64,000 nucleotides of DNA, taken from the human T2T-CHM13v2.0 reference genome, Homo sapiens. Position numbers and translations under genes: made by a program. Below the pieces are notes generated by a model. The model searched no databases, had not been told where the DNA came from, and worked only from the letters and a program-made list of their open reading frames with translations. Location: the NCBI RefSeq assembly GCF_009914755.1, contig NC_060937.1. One strand, 5' to 3'. This document shows positions 42,098 to 56,396 of this stretch, piece after piece. Each line of letters starts with the position of its first letter. The stretch's first letter is position 1.

Positions 42098-42939
42098 GTA
42101 AGTTTGGTTTGTTATTCTTCAGTACAGACCTGCCCTGCTTATGTGGCAGGGCTCAAGCTTGCAGGATGGCTGCCCTAAGCCAAGAGCTGTTATTAAATTG
42201 GACAAGGGATAAACTGTTTTCAACCTGTTCCTTTTCCTCTCCTTATATCTACAGCGTGTATTGCCTCATGTCTGTCCTTTTGCTTTTCCTTTGGAAAAAT
42301 GCAATCATTGAATAAAAATATAATTTTCTTTTCTGCAAATACATATCAGGAGGAATTCCTGCTGTGAGTTAAAATGCTATGTGTACCAGTATCTTCTCAC
42401 AACATGTAAAGCAGAATGATCTGTTTCCCAAGGGCAGCAACAGGAGGTCTGTGTTACATTTTGTATCATCCTGAAAGAGACTGAGTGAGGCACACTGCAA
42501 TAGTGAAACTAAACTTTTTAAAAGTAGAGTTCCTAAAGACTGCTTAATGCAAATTATGCCCGATGCTATCATAGCATGTCTAACTCTTTCTATAGATTCA
42601 CGTTTTCTCTTCTGTAATATAAGTGCCCATTGGCCATCAGATAGCAGTGGGACGTTTTTTAAAGGAGAACTGAAAAGTCAGCTGAGTGCCGTACCTTGGA
42701 TTACTTTGTATTTAATCTAAATGTGCATATAAGATTTAGTGATAAACTACCAAAGAGCAGGGCAGTTCACCTCTGTCCACCTGGAGGAAGGACCTGTGTC
42801 CGGGGGCAGGTCACCCATTACACATTTTGGGCCCTGGTCATTTCTCTGGTGGGTGATACCTGTTTGCTTGGGAAAATACAGCCCTTCCAGGCAGCGCTTG
42901 GACCCCAGAGAGATGTGGGCCTCAGGCGTCCTGTTCTTG

Positions 42940-43310
42940 GGGTTGTACGTCTGCACCTGGAGGGGACACTGGGGAGGAAACGTGGGTTCGGAGCAGGGGG
43001 CGGCGTCTGCGTCTGACCCGGCCTGCCGGTTGCTTGTCGCCCGCGCAGGAGCTGGCCGGGCGCCGCCTGCAGGCTGTCCCGGGCCGAGTCCGAGCGACGC
43101 TGCCGCGCACCTGGGCAGCCCCCGGGGGCCGCGCTGTGCCACGGCCGGGGCCGCTGCGACTGCGGCGTCTGCATCTGCCACGTGACTGAGCCGGGCATGT
43201 TCTTCGGGCCCCTGTGTGAGTGCCATGAGTGGGTGTGCGAGACCTACGACGGGAGCACCTGTGCAGGTAAGAGGGCGGCGCTGTCTCCTCCCTCGGGAGG
43301 TCGAAACTCC
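42940..43310. promoter_or_regulatory. ITGBL1: Intragenic CpG island over ITGBL1 exon 2
   Basis: High GC and CpG density extending into both flanking introns. Confidence 0.8.
43049..43266 (+). CDS. ITGBL1: Integrin beta-like protein 1, coding exon 2 (Cys-rich integrin EGF-like repeat)
   Basis: Acceptor gcgcag|G and donor CAG|GTAAGA; 218 nt in frame with exon 1. It encodes [72 protein letters not shown]. This frame is absent from the ORF track. Confidence 0.97.
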
Positions 43311-43503
43311 TCTTCTGGGATTTCTGCCACTCCCTAGAAGAGTGAAGGGTGGGGACACGCCTCCCTTCACATAAGCACCAATTAAGTTACTGCGATTGTC
43401 ACACTTTGGCTAGTTAATTCTGGCATCATTTATCACAACACTTTTATCCCCCAGGCTCTGAACTTGAATGGAAGTAAAGTTTTAAAAATTCATTCACTTA
43501 ATT

Positions 43504-43656
43504 ATATATTTTATTGTAATTATGATTTTTTAAAGTTGGGATCTTGCTATGTTGCCCTGGCTGGTCCCCCCCCCCCCAACTCCTGGAATCAAGCTATCCT
43601 CCCTCCTGAGCTTCCCAAAGTGTTGGGATTACAGGCGTGAGCCACTGCACCTGGCC
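43504..43656 (-). mobile_element. FLAM/AluJ-like monomer containing a C12 run
   Basis: Single left-arm-like unit ending gagccactgcacctggcc; degenerate TSD tcatt..cttaatt. Confidence 0.85.
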
Positions 43657-44546
43657 GTCATTTGCTTAATTCTAAAATCTCACTTGCCTCTAAAGTTCCT
43701 CATTATAGACTAAATTCCCCAATGTCCTCACAAATGGAGTTATTTTACTGGGTTCTCCTATCCCTATCAAGAATGTTAATGATAATATTTGTAGATCTTA
43801 GGCCTGTATTTTATTTTACATAGGAAACAGTGGGAGGGGGAATGTATTATTTTCCTCCATTCTAGGGAGGCAGGTTTTGTCTTTGAAGCCTGATTTGCCC
43901 TCTCATTATTAGAATATAGTTCACAGGCAGGAGTGCATATCAGAAAACTGTAACAAGGAAAAAAGTAAACGGGCACATATTTACTTAGAATGACTGTTCT
44001 TGCATTGTTCTAGCTGCTTGAATTTTTGAGTTGCAATGAAACTTGGTATTTTCTGAGGGTGGAGTGAAAATACATTCATTTCCCTTGCACATTTTTAAGG
44101 AGTGATTCAGGTTCTGATATTGGAAAGGGTCAAAAAATTCCTTCCCAGAGAACACCCTTAACCTCTTTACCTGTGTCGTTTTACTTAAGGCCAAGAGCCT
44201 CAATTAGTGCCTTGTGAGTGACACAGAACTCCATTAGTGAAAGCACAACACAATGCATTCCAGCCAGGGTTTGGCAAATTTGTAGGAAAAACCAGCCACT
44301 TATTTTACCCTCAATGTAGCTAAGAATAATAAGACAGCCAACACTAACATAGAAAGATCAAGAATGAGTTTATAGCAAAATATTTTTTTCTCAGAGCCTG
44401 GGCCCAGTAGTGTATAAGTTACTTAATATGCAGGCTGCTTGGCAATGCAAAAAATAGTCATAGAAGAAATTTGGAGGGGCGCAGGTGCATCTACTTGATT
44501 TGTTTTCCCTGTGAAGGCTGTGGATCAACTCTTTAAAAATACTGAA

Positions 44547-44873
<327 letters not shown>

Positions 44874-45794
44874 TTATTTAACTTCGCAGTCCTACAAACC
44901 GCAGTATAATTAAGGGTAGCCCTTTGGAATGAAAGCTAAGTTACCGCCTAATATTTCATTCCAAATTTGACTGTTACTTGGCTTCTCTGACCTATGGCCT
45001 CTGGCAAGCCCTCTTCAATATCATGAATTTTGAACAAATTTTCCAGGGCTTTTTCTCTTGTTTTATTAGAGAAGTAAGAGGTAAGATGCAGCCTTTAACT
45101 GGTGAAAGTTGTGAGTGTTGTCAGATTCACTTTCCCTGTTGAAGAACCTAGGCTGGTGCTTTTCTCCGAGAAACTATGCAGAAGGAATGCTGTGGTAGAC
45201 AGCATTCTTTTTTCCCTCCCATAGAAAATGATATGTTGTTTACTCATAGCATCTTAGTCACTGCATTCCTTCCTTCTTGATACGAAATGCAGGACTGAGT
45301 CAAGCATGGTTTTGTTTGGTTATGCATGCATTTCTGTAGAAGATGAAATGCTTCTCTTTATTTTAATACTGAATGGAATAATGAAGTTCATTTTTTATTC
45401 TCATCTTGCTGACTGATGCCCATCAAAACTTACTCTACAGGGCCTTGAGCAGAATCTGTCCCCGCAAATGCCCTGACCACGTTTGTGGGGCCCATGCGGA
45501 GATCCCTACAAGTAGCACCTAGGGCTGCCTTGCGAGCCCGTCGATGTATTCCATGCTTCAAATTTAGCTTCTCAGTTTTATTTTTAAGAGATAGTTCCAG
45601 TTGTATCACTGGAATATGGAAATATAGCAGGTTTCCTATGTTTATGTGCCCCTGTGCTTTCACCTCCATGAAAGTTCCTGTAGGTCCTTTCCAGAAATAG
45701 AGTAACTTTCGGAGACCTCTCCAACTTCTAAGAAGAAAACAAAATCCTTCTCTTATAGTACTATATCATGGAGTGATTAAAAGTGTGGGCTCTG

Positions 45795-46086
<292 letters not shown>

Positions 46087-46305
46087 GTGTGGACTCTGGG
46101 AGACAATTTCCAGGATTCAAATCCTAGTCCTATTACTTAATAGCTGTATGAACTTGGGCAGTTACTTAAACATTCTGAGCCTTGATTTCTTCATCTGTAA
46201 AATGGGAATAACAGTACCTAACTTATAGAGCTGTTGTAAGGTTTAACATATGTAAAATACTTAGACTAGTGTCTGACATGAAGTAAGTGCTCAGTACATA
46301 TTAAA
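46087..46305 (+). mobile_element. MIR SINE (5' piece lies before the Alu at about 45765-45794)
   Basis: ttcaaatcctagt..cttgggcagttacttaa..tctgagccttgatttcttcatctgtaaaatgggaataa core. Confidence 0.85.
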
Positions 46306-46769
46306 ATGTATATATACATAATATTATTACAATGATGCATAACAAGTGGGCTAGTATGGATGGAAGGATGGGTGGATGGAGATGACAGATGGGTAGATAG
46401 ATAGCTGGCCCAGTGTTTGTTGGGCATTTAATGCAGTGAGAGCAATTTACTTCTCTTCATGTAGTCTGGGTCTGTTACTGATTCAAGGCCCAAAAAGTCA
46501 AGTAGGGATAACTATTTTGGCCCAGCCTCAGGGCAGCTGTATTAGATACACTATGCCCTTTTAAAGTTAAGTCCATTGGGATTATTATACTGTGAATCAT
46601 AAGAACCATACTTATTATAGTTTGCGCTGGTTGAAAGTGATTAGGTTCCCTCCATTAGAAGTCTGTTTCTTCCAGTGTCCACTTGTTCGTGGCACATGCA
46701 TCTTCCACAGACTTTTATAGCATAAAGATCCAGCCAAGTGAGTGTTCCTATGGATGTGATGGTCTATTA

Positions 46770-47049
<280 letters not shown>

Positions 47050-47725
47050 CTAAAGCATTCCTGGTTGACCCCATGACCAGCTACAATGACACTTAAATAA
47101 TGTATTGTTTTCTTAGAAATCTTTTGAAATTGCTGTTGAAATATGTCACTTAAAGAGTTTCAGTTTTAGTAATTTAGGAAGAGCTAATTGAATTCAATTT
47201 AGCAACACTTATGAAGCACTGCATATTTTCTAGGCTCTGTCCTGTTGAAGGGAGTGTAAAGATGAGGGATAGAAGGCAGCTTACCATTGAGTAGGGAGAC
47301 ACAGAGAAATACCAGATATCTATAATGTAATGCAAAATATCATCTGTACAAATTTTTATGAGGGCTCCATTGAGCCAGGGGTTATATATTATGGCTAAAA
47401 GTTCTTGAGAAAGAGGTAGCATTTGACATAAGCACTTGAGTACTGGGAGATTTTTTAATCCAAAAAGTGGACTGTTGGAATTCTGAGTAAGGAAAATCTT
47501 AAGCAAAAGTGTAGAAGCAGAAAAACATGTGGATGTTTGGGAAATAGGGCTACAAGGGTTGGCTTGGCTGGATCTTAGAGCTGTAAGGAAAGTAATAAAA
47601 GATATGTTGAGAATTACAGTTGATCATATTGTAGAGAGTTTGTTCTTGATTAAACAGCATATAAGAGCTATTAAGAGTCCAAATATAGGAGTGATCATTA
47701 GTGCTCTGATTTATGGAAAGAAATA

Positions 47726-48021
47726 CAGTCATTCCTTGATATCTGCTGGGAATTAGTTCTAGGGAGCCTCCCCCACCAGTGGATACCAAGGATGTTCCAG
47801 TCTCTCATATAAAATGGTGTAGTATTTGCATGTAACCTATACACATCCTCTAGTAAACTTTAAATCATCTCTTGATTACATATAATACCTCATGCAATGT
47901 AAATGCTATGTAAATAGTTGTTATACTGTATGTTAGTTGTATTATTTTGTACTACACTTTTTTATTTTCTGAATAGTTTTAATCTGCCAATGAGGAGCCC
48001 ACAGATATGGAGGCCCGACCG
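47726..48021 (+). mobile_element. MER2 (Tigger-family) DNA element
   Basis: cagtcattccttgatatc...atataaaatggtgtagtatttgcat...actttaaatcatctct...cagatatggaggcccgaccg, with TA on both flanks. Confidence 0.9.
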
Positions 48022-48621
48022 TATGGTGCCCAAAAGCATGGCAAGTTAAAGTAGAGAACCAATGGGGAGGAACTCCACGGGAGAGGCAATAAGAACAGAA
48101 TTATTATTTTTTTAAAGGCCATTTAAAAGTAAAATCAATATGAATTAGTGTCCAAGGATGAGTAAGATGAATTAAAACTCATGCTGGGTTTTTAAGTCTG
48201 CGAGATCAGAAGTGTGATGGAACTGATGGAGTCAAGAAATCACAGGAAAGAACCAGATAACCAAATCCATGACTTAAAGTTCTTTTAAAAGAACTCTCAT
48301 TTTTAAGTGGAATTGATATAAAATGAAAAATTAATGCTAGCAGAAAGAGATTCTGATTTCATTGGCCACCACGTTTGGGGCAGGATGGGAATCTTGTCTG
48401 AATTGTTAACGTGGGTTAACTTGTTTATGTTGTTAACCTTGAGCCAGGTTTTTAATTTACCTGATATTTAGTGCCTTTTTCTGTAACAGTATCCTTATGG
48501 ATATGAAGAACCTTCTATTCTGTGTGACATTGAGCATGATTTTATGTATGTATGTATAAATTTATTTAATATTCATATCCTTTATATACTTCTACATTTA
48601 TTCAGACTATACGCCATCCTT

Positions 48622-48958
<337 letters not shown>

Positions 48959-49757
48959 TTATGTGTTCAAATATTAACAATATAACAATTAAAATAATTA
49001 GAATACATTGAAACATTTTTAATATGTAAAAATTAGTAATTTTTTTTCTTGAAGATATTTGACTTTTATACTACGAAGTAAGTAGTATGGGAATTATATG
49101 TGGTTATTCATGAGAACTGGACTTCCTGGCTCTTGAGGCTGCCTGAGGACTGTTCGACTTGCCTTTCCCTTCCAATTGCATTTTTCTTAGATTGTTGAAC
49201 GATCTCCCTCCAAGCCTACTTGTGGATTTACTCAGGCTTTTTCTTTACTAGTCTTTTTCTATTTTTCATCTTCTCTCCCTTCCTTCAATCCTCATCCTGT
49301 CTTCCTTGCCCACTCCTTCACCTCCGTCTAGCCCATCTTGGATTTACCGCCCCCTCTCTTTCGCAAAATAGCCCTTCCATGTCTCTGAGTCGGAGGCACC
49401 AAGCACGTAAGAATATTATCTGCCTTGAATCCCCTTCACCAGTAAATAAATGTCTGTAACAGACAGACTGGCTTTCACATTGCCTCTTTCCTGTATTTTC
49501 TTCATAGTCTTCACATCGCTTGTAGTTTTTGGAAACACATTCAGGAGTTCCCCACTAGCTCACCCACTGCATGTAAGCCATTTTTCGGGAGCTCTACTTT
49601 CTTACATTCATCTGTGTTCGATAAATGCATATTGTCTTAGCCCAAGTGACGTATAAAAGTTAAATGTTTTCTTTCTGAAAGCAAGTGCCAAACATGCACA
49701 GCAATTTTCCTCAATTGTACTGCTTTATTTGGACAGGGCTCTGCAGCTCTACCATGG

Positions 49758-50170
49758 TTTCTTAGTCTGTTTTGTGTTGCTGTAAAAGAATACCTGAGAC
49801 TGGGTAGGTTGTAAAGGAAAGAGGTTTATTTGGCTTACAGTTTTGCAGGCTGTACAAGCAAGGCACCAGCATGTGCTAGGCTTCTGGTGAGGCCTCAGGA
49901 AGCCTTTACTTATGGAAAGTGAGGAGGGACTGGCATGTCACATGGCAAGAGAAGGAGCAAGAGATAGAGGGAGGGGTACCACATTCTTTTAAGCAACCAG
50001 CTGTCCTGTGAACAAATAGAGAACTCACTCATGACCTTGGGGAGGGCACCAAGCCATTCATGAGGGATCCACCCCCATAACCCAAACACTTCCCACTTGA
50101 TTCCACCTACAAGATTGGGGATCACATTTCAACATGAGATTTGGAGGGGACACACATCCAAACTATATCA
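49758..50170 (-). mobile_element. MSTB-like (ERVL-MaLR) solo LTR
   Basis: cttagtctgttttgtgttgctgtaaaagaatacctgagactgggt...tttcaacatgagatttggaggggacacacatccaaactatatca. Confidence 0.9.
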
Positions 50171-50582
50171 CACAGAGACAGACATACCTTGCCCTGGACT
50201 AGGTCATCCCTGCACCTTGATGATCTAGAGGAACATATTTATAGCATTGTGGTATTTAGATAAAATAGTATAAATGTGAGAAATTCAGGAGTTATTTTCT
50301 ATGTAAAGTTTCCCCAGAATGAGAAAGGAAAGGAACATATGGAAACAAATTTATTTGTATTACAAATTTTAAATTTGCAAAACATAAACCTCCCTCATAA
50401 GGTTCTCAGAGTCTTCAATATATTTTGAAACACAATGCTAAAACTGACATCGCATGTTCTTGATATCATAAACCCCCACAAAAGCTGCTCAGCTCTCTGA
50501 GCCTCATATACATATTGTTACATCTGACCTTGTGACTCACCATGTTCATGTTCTTGAGGTAGGTGATCAATGCCCTAGGAGG

Positions 50583-50887
50583 GACTGGGTGTAGTGGCTC
50601 ACATCGCCTGTAATCCTAGCACTTTGGGAAGTTGAGGTGGGAGGATCCTTGAAGCCCAGTGGTTTGAGACCGGCCTGGGCAGCATAGCGAGACCTGCTCC
50701 CTACTAAAAATTTTTTAAAAATTGCCAGACCCAGTGGTGGGTGACTGTAGTGCCAGCTATCAGGAGGCTAATACAGGAGGCTCATTTGAGCATGGGAGAT
50801 TGAGGCTGCAGTGAGCTATGATCAGGCCACTGCACTCCAGCCTAGGTGAGAGAATTAGACCCTGTCTCAAAAAAATAAAATAAAAAA
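50583..50887 (+). mobile_element. AluJ
   Basis: Both arms (gaggctgcagtgagctatgatc); TSD aat(g/t)ccct(a/g)ggag. Confidence 0.92.
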
Positions 50888-50991
50888 TTCCCTGGGAGCA
50901 GAGAGCCCCGTTATCATTCTTTGGGGGAATTCCCTGTCTGCAAAATTATGAAGTAAGACGAGACATTTTGCCAAGCTTCATATCCTGCCCT

Positions 50992-51585
50992 TGTATTATT
51001 TTTCTATTGCTGCTACAACAAATTACCACAAACCTTGAGGCTTAAACAGCTCAGATGTCTTTTCTAGAGTTCTGTAGGTCTCAAGGTCCCCTGACATGGG
51101 ACTTCCAGGGCCAAGGTGTTGATAGCCTCTGTTCTTTTCTGAAGACTCTAGGAGAGAATCCGTTTCCTGGTTATTGGTGTTGAGATAATTTAGTTCTGTG
51201 TGGTTGTAAGACTGTGGTCCCCAGTTCCTTGCTGGCTGTCAGTTGGGGTCCCTCTTGTCTTCTAGAAGCTACTTTCGGGTCCTTACAAGTACCCCACTCC
51301 CAAATCTCAAAACTGGAAACAGGTTGTGAGACCTTTCTCACACCGCTGTCTCCCAGAGCCTCTTCCATCATCACATCCCTTCTTACCACCGTCGGAAAAC
51401 ATACTCCACTTTTAAGGTGTATTTTAACTAGACTGAACCCAGATAATCCAGGATAAGCTTCCCATCCAAGACTCATAAACTTCATCACATCAGCAAAGTC
51501 ACTTTTGCCACGTAAGGTGACATATTTACAGGTTTCAGGAGCAAGGGTATGGCTATCTTTGAAGGCCCATAGTCTTCTCAGCATA
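50992..51585 (-). mobile_element. MLT1 (ERVL-MaLR) LTR
   Basis: tgtattatttttctattgctgctacaacaaattaccacaaac...atcacatcagcaaagtcacttttgccacgtaaggtgacatatttacaggttt. Confidence 0.85.
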
Positions 51586-51736
51586 GTCACCCTCCTATAA
51601 AGTGCAGGGCACTCTGTATGTGTGAATGGCAAGGGAGAGGTTCCAACTCCATTCATATCTGGCTGTTGGTATGCTCCATCGAGGATGCAAGGGCTGAGTC
51701 TTTTCCTTCTTTTCCGAGGTTATCTATATGATCTAA

Positions 51737-52056
<320 letters not shown>

Positions 52057-53053
52057 TTTTCCATATCATTTCTGATAAAGAACACTAAGTGTCTTTCTAA
52101 AGCATGAAGAGAGGGACTTAAGCCCAACAGTTGCCTGCATTCAGTTCCTGACATTGTCACTTGCCCACTGTGGAGCTACAGGGAGGTTACCCAAGAGGTT
52201 ACAACCTCTGTTTCCTTATGGTTGAAAAGAGGGCAATAATAAGACCAAATAGGGATAATGACAGTGCCAAACACATATGAGTGATTAATAAATCACTGGA
52301 GTTATTATGCTTAAATATGCTAGACACCCCTCTCCTACCCTAGCGTAATTCCTGGTCCTAAGATATTTATTTTCAAATAAGCAATTTTCTTTCCATGTTA
52401 TATCTTCCTCCATTACTAAATTCATGTCTTGGAATTACTCTGATAGTCTTTGAACTATTATATCCCAACAAGCTTGCCTACTCTATAGTGCCAGGGCTGG
52501 GTGTGCCCTCAGCCCTGGCCAGCATGAGGAATCTGAGAGCTTACTGTATCATGCCCCAACTCACTGCACTGCCAGCCGTCTGAGTCTTGTATATGTCTTT
52601 GTCTCAGAACCTGCCTTTTGTGTTCCTGTCCCTGAAATCTGTACCCTGATTTATATGATCATAATTGATCTAATGGAATGCTCCAGAACCCTACCCTCAG
52701 AACTGTATAATTAGTCCTTGAATTTGGAATTTTCATGCTTTTTCTCTGCTGGAAACCTTTAGACGTCTGCAGACTCCCAGGGCTTACTCTATAAGTGCAA
52801 TTCTGCTTCTGACTCTTCCCTCCACTGAGATGCCTGTACTTCTAGGGTGTTCCTTGATCTCCTCTAAATTGTTGATCCCAAATAGGTTGATCCCAGAAAC
52901 TGCTTCTTCAGTTGCAAAACTGCAGAAAGCAACACAATAAAAAAACAAAATCAAAATAACTCACATATTTTTAAAAATATGTAATAAACATTACTGAATG
53001 TTGTGGAGACATTGGGTTGTGTGTTATTTAATCATAAGAATGCAAACTACTGA

Positions 53054-53372
<319 letters not shown>

Positions 53373-53599
53373 CATTCTTAAAACTCCCAATGCTTTGTTA
53401 TGTACTTCAGCCTCTCTTCTTTATCCTGTTTGATCCCCTCCTTCTCATCACATTTCTGTTTTTTTATTTCACTTTCAAATAATGTTCATTTTTCACAAGG
53501 AGTTTAGTTATTATTTCTGTCATCTCATTTTTTGCCCATCCATGGCCTCTAAAATCTTGGCTTGTACCCCAAGTGTTGATGTACTCAGATATTAAGGAC

Positions 53600-53990
53600 A
53601 CAGACATATATGCATGTGTCTGTATGTATATATGTAGTTTTTTACATTCTGGTTTATTATGTATATGTATACATAGAAGACCCAGAGAGGGTCTCTCTCT
53701 CTCTCTATATATATATATATGCATATGTTTATATATCCTCCTATATATTATTTATGCTTGTATAGCCAATCAAAATACATATATTTTACCCATTTATATT
53801 TGGTATATGTATATATTTTGATTGCCTGTACAAACATAATATATATACACATATTTATATATGTATACATACATATTTGATACCCTAATTTTATACACAT
53901 ACGCCATACATATGTGAATATGTAAGTATGTGCACAAACATACATATATATGTGTGTTTGTATATATGTGTGAGTCTAAATGTTATACAC
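53600..53990. repeat. (TA)/(TG)/(CT) low-complexity tract
   Basis: Directly visible, including (CT)n(AT)n at about 53692-53720. Confidence 0.88.
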
Positions 53991-56047
53991 AGGGACATAC
54001 ATGCGTAAGCCCTTTTCTGGTAGACCACTACCTGCAGATCGAAGTCAAGTCCACTTTCAAATTTCTGTAATGCTGACACTCTTGATATAAAGGTTGCTTG
54101 GGATTGATGCCACATGTGTAAACCTGCTAGAAATCAATATCTCATTGGGGAATACTTTTGTGTCTTTATCTGTTTAATGAATGCCATGAAAACAATGACG
54201 TATCATTTGGGTGATTCATAATTGGATTCTTTTTTCACTATGGAGTTAACTAAATGCTTTTAGGCTATTCAAGTCACATTCGAATTACAGTTAATAGTTG
54301 GTAAATGGTCCTCATATTGTTATACTAAAACTGTGCAAAGATAGAAAAGAGAAAACAGCTTCTTTTCTTTTTTCAAAATAAATAATAGTGACATTCTTAT
54401 GACTAATATATTTTAATGCTATATACATTTTTGTGGAGTATTTGGAAATGTCACCAAAATTAGGTTTCATTGGAAATCCTTGAGTCTAGGGTTGGAGACA
54501 AAAATCACTCAGGATTCTCTTATAGCTGTCCTCTGAAAGACATAGTCTTAAAAATATAAAACTATGATAAATTTTCTCTATCTTTGAGGCAATAATAGCT
54601 GCTTGTATTATTTTGCTTCTAATAATAAATTCTGATATCTATTAACAGATATGCTATTCTTTGCTAAATTACTGTGAATTTTGTAGTCACATCTCAGAAG
54701 GAAGAAAAAAGGAAATAAAATAATGTGATAAATCAGCTTTAGATTTGTCCGGTTTTAAGACCCTCTGCCTTAAGAAGCAGCTTGCATCAGTGGAAAGATA
54801 ACTGGATTAGGAGACAGGAGAAACAGGCCCTATTATCTACTTTTCCACTTATCTACTATGTGATCTTGGCAAATAACAGTCACCCATTTATATTTGGTAT
54901 GGTACTTCTGACTTTTTTGAAGAGAAGGTATGAGGTTGAGGATCCCTGCAATGAGTAATTGGCAGTTTGTAGGGGCTCAGTAAATATATGTTCAGTGAAT
55001 AAATGAGATTCAGCTTATTTAAATTACCATTATGGCTATGGAATAAATATTTAGGTAAAGGCATCTGAAAAGATTAATAATTGAGGATAGCGGTAACTGT
55101 AGAGCGTAGAGGATAAAGACACTCATAACTTTAAGAGCAGAGGTAGTGATGTTACTGATAAACAGTTGACAAGCCAACCAAAATGAAGACGTGGAGTCAG
55201 AAAGGCCAAGAAAACTTGGAGGGGAGGGGATCCTCTTAGTCATCCAACTAAACTATGGCCAACTTTGACTCATCCTTTTCATTTGCTCTCATATCCTGCC
55301 AATATTGCTAATGTTTTTACTTAATTTTCTGCTGAATTTAGTTCTATTGCTAGTGACTTAGCTTAGCCTTCATTTCCCTTGACAAGGAATATTAGTAATA
55401 GTAAAGTTCTTATCACACCTCATGCTTCATTCAGGCTGTCTTCCCTTCTGTCTATCCTGTATACCACCACTTGGTGAATCACCGTAAGTGACATTTTGTC
55501 AAGTATCTGTGCTTTTCAAATTCACTTCAAAGATCATTCTAACCATTTATACTGGCCACTTATTCTGTACCCCTGCTTTGATTCACTTCATGAACACACA
55601 TTGAGGGTATATACTATAGGTATCAAATCTAAATTTTGGCTTCTAATCTACTTGGCCATTAAGACATTCTAGAATCTGATTCCTCTTTAATGGCATGCTG
55701 ACCCGCTTCCTCTTTCTCACCTTGTATGCTCCCATCTCTCTAGTTAGATCTTAACATCACTGTCACTTAATACAGTCTACACCAAACACATTTTTCATGA
55801 TTTCACGTGTTTTCTTATGTTTACAAATATGCTGAATATTCTGAATACTAGCACCATCTCACATATTTTTCTGGAAACTAAAAACAAAAATATTTAGCAC
55901 AAAAAATAGGTATTTAGCACAGTTCTGAGTAAACAGTACAGATCGATCTTTCCTGGAGCTCTGCTTTGTATGGTTTTGAATTACTGTCTAGTGTCCTTTT
56001 ATGTCAACCCGAAGGAAGGACTCCTTTAGAATTTGTTGCAGGGTAGA

Positions 56048-56396
56048 TGGTTTAGTCCATTCAGGCTGCTGTAACAAGATACCCTAGACTGAGTAATTTA
56101 GAAACAGGACAAATTTAATGCTCACAGTTCTGGAGGCTGGGAAGTCTAGAATCAAGGTGCCAACAGATTCAGTGTATGGTGAGGGCTCATTTTCAGCTTC
56201 CTGGATGGCAACTGTATCCTCACATGTTGGAAGGGGTAAACAGGCTCCCCCAAGCCTCTTTTATAAGGGCACTAATCCCACTAATGAGCCTGGAGTGCTC
56301 ATGACCTAATCACCTCCTGCAGGCCCACCCACCTTCTTAATACTGTCACGTTGGGGATTAGGTTCCAAAATATGGGTCAATATTTATATCATAGCA
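56048..56396 (-). mobile_element. MSTC/MSTD-like (ERVL-MaLR) LTR
   Basis: ttagtccattcaggctgctgtaacaa...gctcacagttctggaggctgggaagtc...ttttataagggcactaatccca...catagca. Confidence 0.85.

Noticed and set aside
42747-43370. Longest ORF in the track (207 aa, minus strand) as a protein-coding gene
   Set aside because: It is the antisense shadow of GC-rich ITGBL1 exon 2 with low-complexity composition; the real frame is on the + strand with matching splice sites.
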